This document shows, piece after piece, positions 54,417 through 56,592 of a DNA stretch of 56,592 bases (within the stretch, counting starts at the first letter, position 1; each line of letters starts with the position of its first letter). Under the pieces are notes generated by a model. That model was not told the DNA's origin, made no database searches, and worked only from the letters and a program-made list of their open reading frames with translations. Position numbers and translations under genes: made by a program. This stretch comes from Candidatus Woesearchaeota archaeon (GTDB lineage: Archaea; Nanobdellota; Nanobdellia; Pacearchaeales; GW2011-AR1), in NCBI GenBank assembly GCA_964364885.1, contig CAYIOA010000001.1:1-56592 (forward strand). Reading direction: 5' to 3'.

Positions 54417-54461
54417 TCAAAAATTATCAAAAATAGTAACAAAAATTACCTAGAAGCGTAT

Positions 54462-54584
54462 ATCAAAAAGTCCTTGTTGCTTACCGCACACTAAAGTGTG
54501 CGGTTTGTTTGGACTTTGGGATGTCCAAAGTTGCATTCATCTGCGGACTAAAGTCCGCAGTTTTCTGCTCAGCAACTTTGGCAT
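54462..54584 (+). repeat. Modular nested-hairpin repeat, copy D (canonical two-module form)
   Basis: ATCAAAAAGTCCTTG..CCGCACAC-TAAA-GTGTGCGG-TTTGTTT-GGACTTTGGGA, then CCAAAGTTGC-ATTCAT-CTGCGGAC-TAAA-GTCCGCAG-TTTTCTGCTCA-GCAACTTTGG-CAT. Confidence 0.8.
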
Positions 54585-54632
54585 AAAAAAGATTAACAGC
54601 GAATACACCCGCCATCTCGGTCGAAAAACCTC

Positions 54633-54971
54633 TTAATCACCGCCCGCCCGCAATCTTTCCAGTTTCATGCTTATGCGTTCAATTTCATCTCTAACACTCA
54701 AATCTTCTCTATCCCTAAAATCTTCAAAAATATCATCACTCTCTGTTTTCTTCTCAACTTTGGGGAACATCTTCCTGAGTTCGCTGATTAAAACAAAAAC
54801 CTCGTCTATCTTGCTCTTCAGGGATACCTTTAAGTTAATCTCCTCTTTTCTTAGTTTCCTGTAATCCCTTAATCTATTCAAAGAATTCAAAAGAGCCATT
54901 TGTGTCTGCAATAAGCTCTCTTCTCCATAAGATTTTTCAGGAGCAGATATCATAGCATAAGTCGGGTCCAT
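54633..54971 (-). CDS. Hypothetical coiled-coil protein (112 aa)
   Basis: ORF that begins immediately after the stop of the upstream gene. No motif recognised. Confidence 0.5.
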   Translation of the reverse strand: MDPTYAMISAPEKSYGEESLLQTQMALLNSLNRLRDYRKLRKEEINLKVSLKSKIDEVFVLISELRKMFPKVEKKTESDDIFEDFRDREDLSVRDEIERISMKLERLRAGGD

Positions 54972-55565
54972 CTAATCAATTTTCTCAAATATATTTTCAG
55001 AGACCTCTTTTACCTTATTTTTAGCTTGAACAATCTCAGAATCCCAGACATTCAGCTCCTGCTCCTCCCGCATTTTAATCTCCTTAATTTTCTTAATCAT
55101 GTTCTCAATATCATTCAGCTTGTTTTCAATATCTCTTAAGGCGGTTTTTGCAGAATTAAACTTGCTCAGCTTAACAAACACGTCTCCCCGAGGTTCTGCT
55201 CTTCTTGAAAGATAAGAAAAATCTCTGTTCTTTCTTGGCTCAGAAGCACCTCCACCGATTAGCTCACCATCATTATCTCCGGAATTATCAAAGTCATCCA
55301 TTTCAATAACCTTCGTGCCTCCTCTTTTATTAAAGTCAAAAGAATCAAATTTATTTTCCTCTTTCTTCTCAGAATTAACAGCGTCTTTTATCGCTGTCTG
55401 CGAAAAGCCTTTGTCTATAGGAGAATCTGGAAAAGAAGGAAGCAAGTGATGCTCCGCTTCCTCATTATCCTCGGGAGGATATATAATGTGGGGATTAGCA
55501 GGAATCCGCGGCAAAGGCAAATCAGGAAGTTTTTTCTTATCCTCTTTTTTACTCCAAAACATCAC
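54972..55565 (-). CDS. Hypothetical protein with a Pro-rich disordered N-terminus and a C-terminal coiled coil (197 aa)
   Basis: ORF contiguous with 54633-54971. No motif recognised. Confidence 0.5.
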   Translation of the reverse strand: MMFWSKKEDKKKLPDLPLPRIPANPHIIYPPEDNEEAEHHLLPSFPDSPIDKGFSQTAIKDAVNSEKKEENKFDSFDFNKRGGTKVIEMDDFDNSGDNDGELIGGGASEPRKNRDFSYLSRRAEPRGDVFVKLSKFNSAKTALRDIENKLNDIENMIKKIKEIKMREEQELNVWDSEIVQAKNKVKEVSENIFEKID

Positions 55566-55691
55566 TCTAAATTTTCCAATAAATTTATATATGTTTATGT
55601 TAATTAGTTAATGGTAACAAAAAACATTGCAAATTAAACTGGCAATTCAAAAAATAGAAACATTTTTAATCAATTTTTTCAAAGAAGATAT

Positions 55692-56417
55692 ATGAAAGAA
55701 GATTTTATAGAAAAATTAATAATAAAAATTGTCTCAAATTACATCGGGCAGGAATCAGAGAAGCTAGTTAAGATATTATATGACAAAAAAAATGTAAATG
55801 AATTCCATATAGCAAAAAAACTTGCTCTTACAATAAATCAAACAAGAAATATACTTTACAAGCTGTCAGATGAAGGTCTTGTCACATTCATAAGAAAGAA
55901 AGATAAGAAAAAGGGGGGATGGTATACTTATTTCTGGACTCTAAAAACAGAAAAAAGTCTGTATAAATTTAAAGAGAAAATAGATGAAAATGCAAATGGT
56001 TTGCAGGCCAAGCTTAAAGACAGAGAAACAGAGAGATTTTTTTATTGTAAAAATTGCGAAAACGAATACAGCGAAGAAGAAGCCCTGTTAAACAACTACA
56101 CCTGCCCGGAATGTGGGGAAACCCTGGAAATAGATAACAAAGAAAAGATAGTAATCCATATAAAAAACGAAATCAAAAGAAACAGTGATCTCCTTGAGCA
56201 GATTACCGAAGAATTGAAAAAAATCCAGCTAAAAGAGAATAAACTAAGGGAGAAAAGAATGAAAGCAGAACAAAAGAAAAAAGAGATTGAGAGAAAAAAT
56301 AAAGCGAAAAAGAGAAAGAGAGAAAAGCTTAAAGAGATGTCCAAAGAGATTTCCAAAAAAAAGTTGAAAGAAAGAAATAAAAGTAAACCTAAAAAGATTT
56401 CTAAGAAAAAGAAATGA
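55692..56417 (+). CDS. tfe: Transcription factor E alpha (TFE) with a Lys-rich C-terminal tail
   Basis: wH region NQTRNILYKLSDEGLVTFIRKKDKKKGGWYTYFWTL. Zn ribbon CKNCENEY...CPECGE. About 70 C-terminal residues are mostly K/E/R. Confidence 0.8.
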   Translation: MKEDFIEKLIIKIVSNYIGQESEKLVKILYDKKNVNEFHIAKKLALTINQTRNILYKLSDEGLVTFIRKKDKKKGGWYTYFWTLKTEKSLYKFKEKIDENANGLQAKLKDRETERFFYCKNCENEYSEEEALLNNYTCPECGETLEIDNKEKIVIHIKNEIKRNSDLLEQITEELKKIQLKENKLREKRMKAEQKKKEIERKNKAKKRKREKLKEMSKEISKKKLKERNKSKPKKISKKKK

Positions 56418-56592
56418 AATTAAATAAAAACAAATTCGAAAAAAGAGGTTTCTCCCAGACAACCTGGCTGATAATCATCAGCGTACTTGTATCTATATCC
56501 GAGCTTATTGCTCTGCAAGTCAACGAAAATTACATTAATTATTTTGCACTCAAGCCCTCTAGTATCATTCAAGGAAAATATCTCTGGACTCT
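56414..56592 (+). CDS. Partial ORF running off the window end, possibly a rhomboid-family intramembrane protease N-terminus
   Basis: My translation is MKLNKNKFEKRGFSQTTWLIIISVLVSISELIALQVNENYINYFALKPSSIIQGKYLWT. The ALxP...G.YLWT pattern resembles the region preceding rhomboid TM2. ATGA overlap with the tfe stop. Confidence 0.4.
   Translation, partial: MKLNKNKFEKRGFSQTTWLIIISVLVSISELIALQVNENYINYFALKPSSIIQGKYLWT

Overview
AT-rich (about one-third G+C by eye) chromosomal segment from a small-genome archaeon, most consistent with a DPANN-type lineage (inference from gene content). I support about 60 protein genes and one tRNA (Asn-GTT). I see no rRNA, CRISPR array, transposase or integrase. The flanks carry information-processing and cell-division genes with archaeal hallmarks: MCM, aRF1, aIF2-beta, TFE-alpha, NAC, Sec61-beta, KH/Dim2-like, DUF424, FtsZ and MinD. 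These are mixed with bacterial-type genes: an AspRS lacking the GAD insertion, an AlaRS lacking the C-Ala domain, MnmA and GatC/GatA. The centre (about 24.6-50.1 kb) is a cell-surface island and the best candidate for an undescribed system. (i) One operon encodes a KaiC/FlaH-like ATPase translationally coupled to three pilin-like proteins, one an 807-aa vWA protein. (ii) A second operon runs membrane-wHTH protein, FlaI/TadA-like ATPase, two separate TadB/TadC-like platform proteins, a 300-aa Ig-like protein and a terminal ~2,633-aa surface protein. (iii) There are three pilins with a KG/A|Q-x3-E processing signature. (iv) A 1,226-aa zincin plus beta-helix surface protein shares two sequence cassettes with the operon (ii) proteins at DNA level. 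(v) An MNT/HepT toxin-antitoxin pair sits between the two pilus modules. Independently, four same-orientation copies of a modular GC-rich nested-hairpin repeat occur at 5.6, 11.2, 41.4 and 54.5 kb. Their stems show compensatory changes, and one copy lies inside the pilus operon. A perfect 45-bp tandem duplication sits just upstream of one gene start. All functional calls come from motif recognition by eye; no searches were run.
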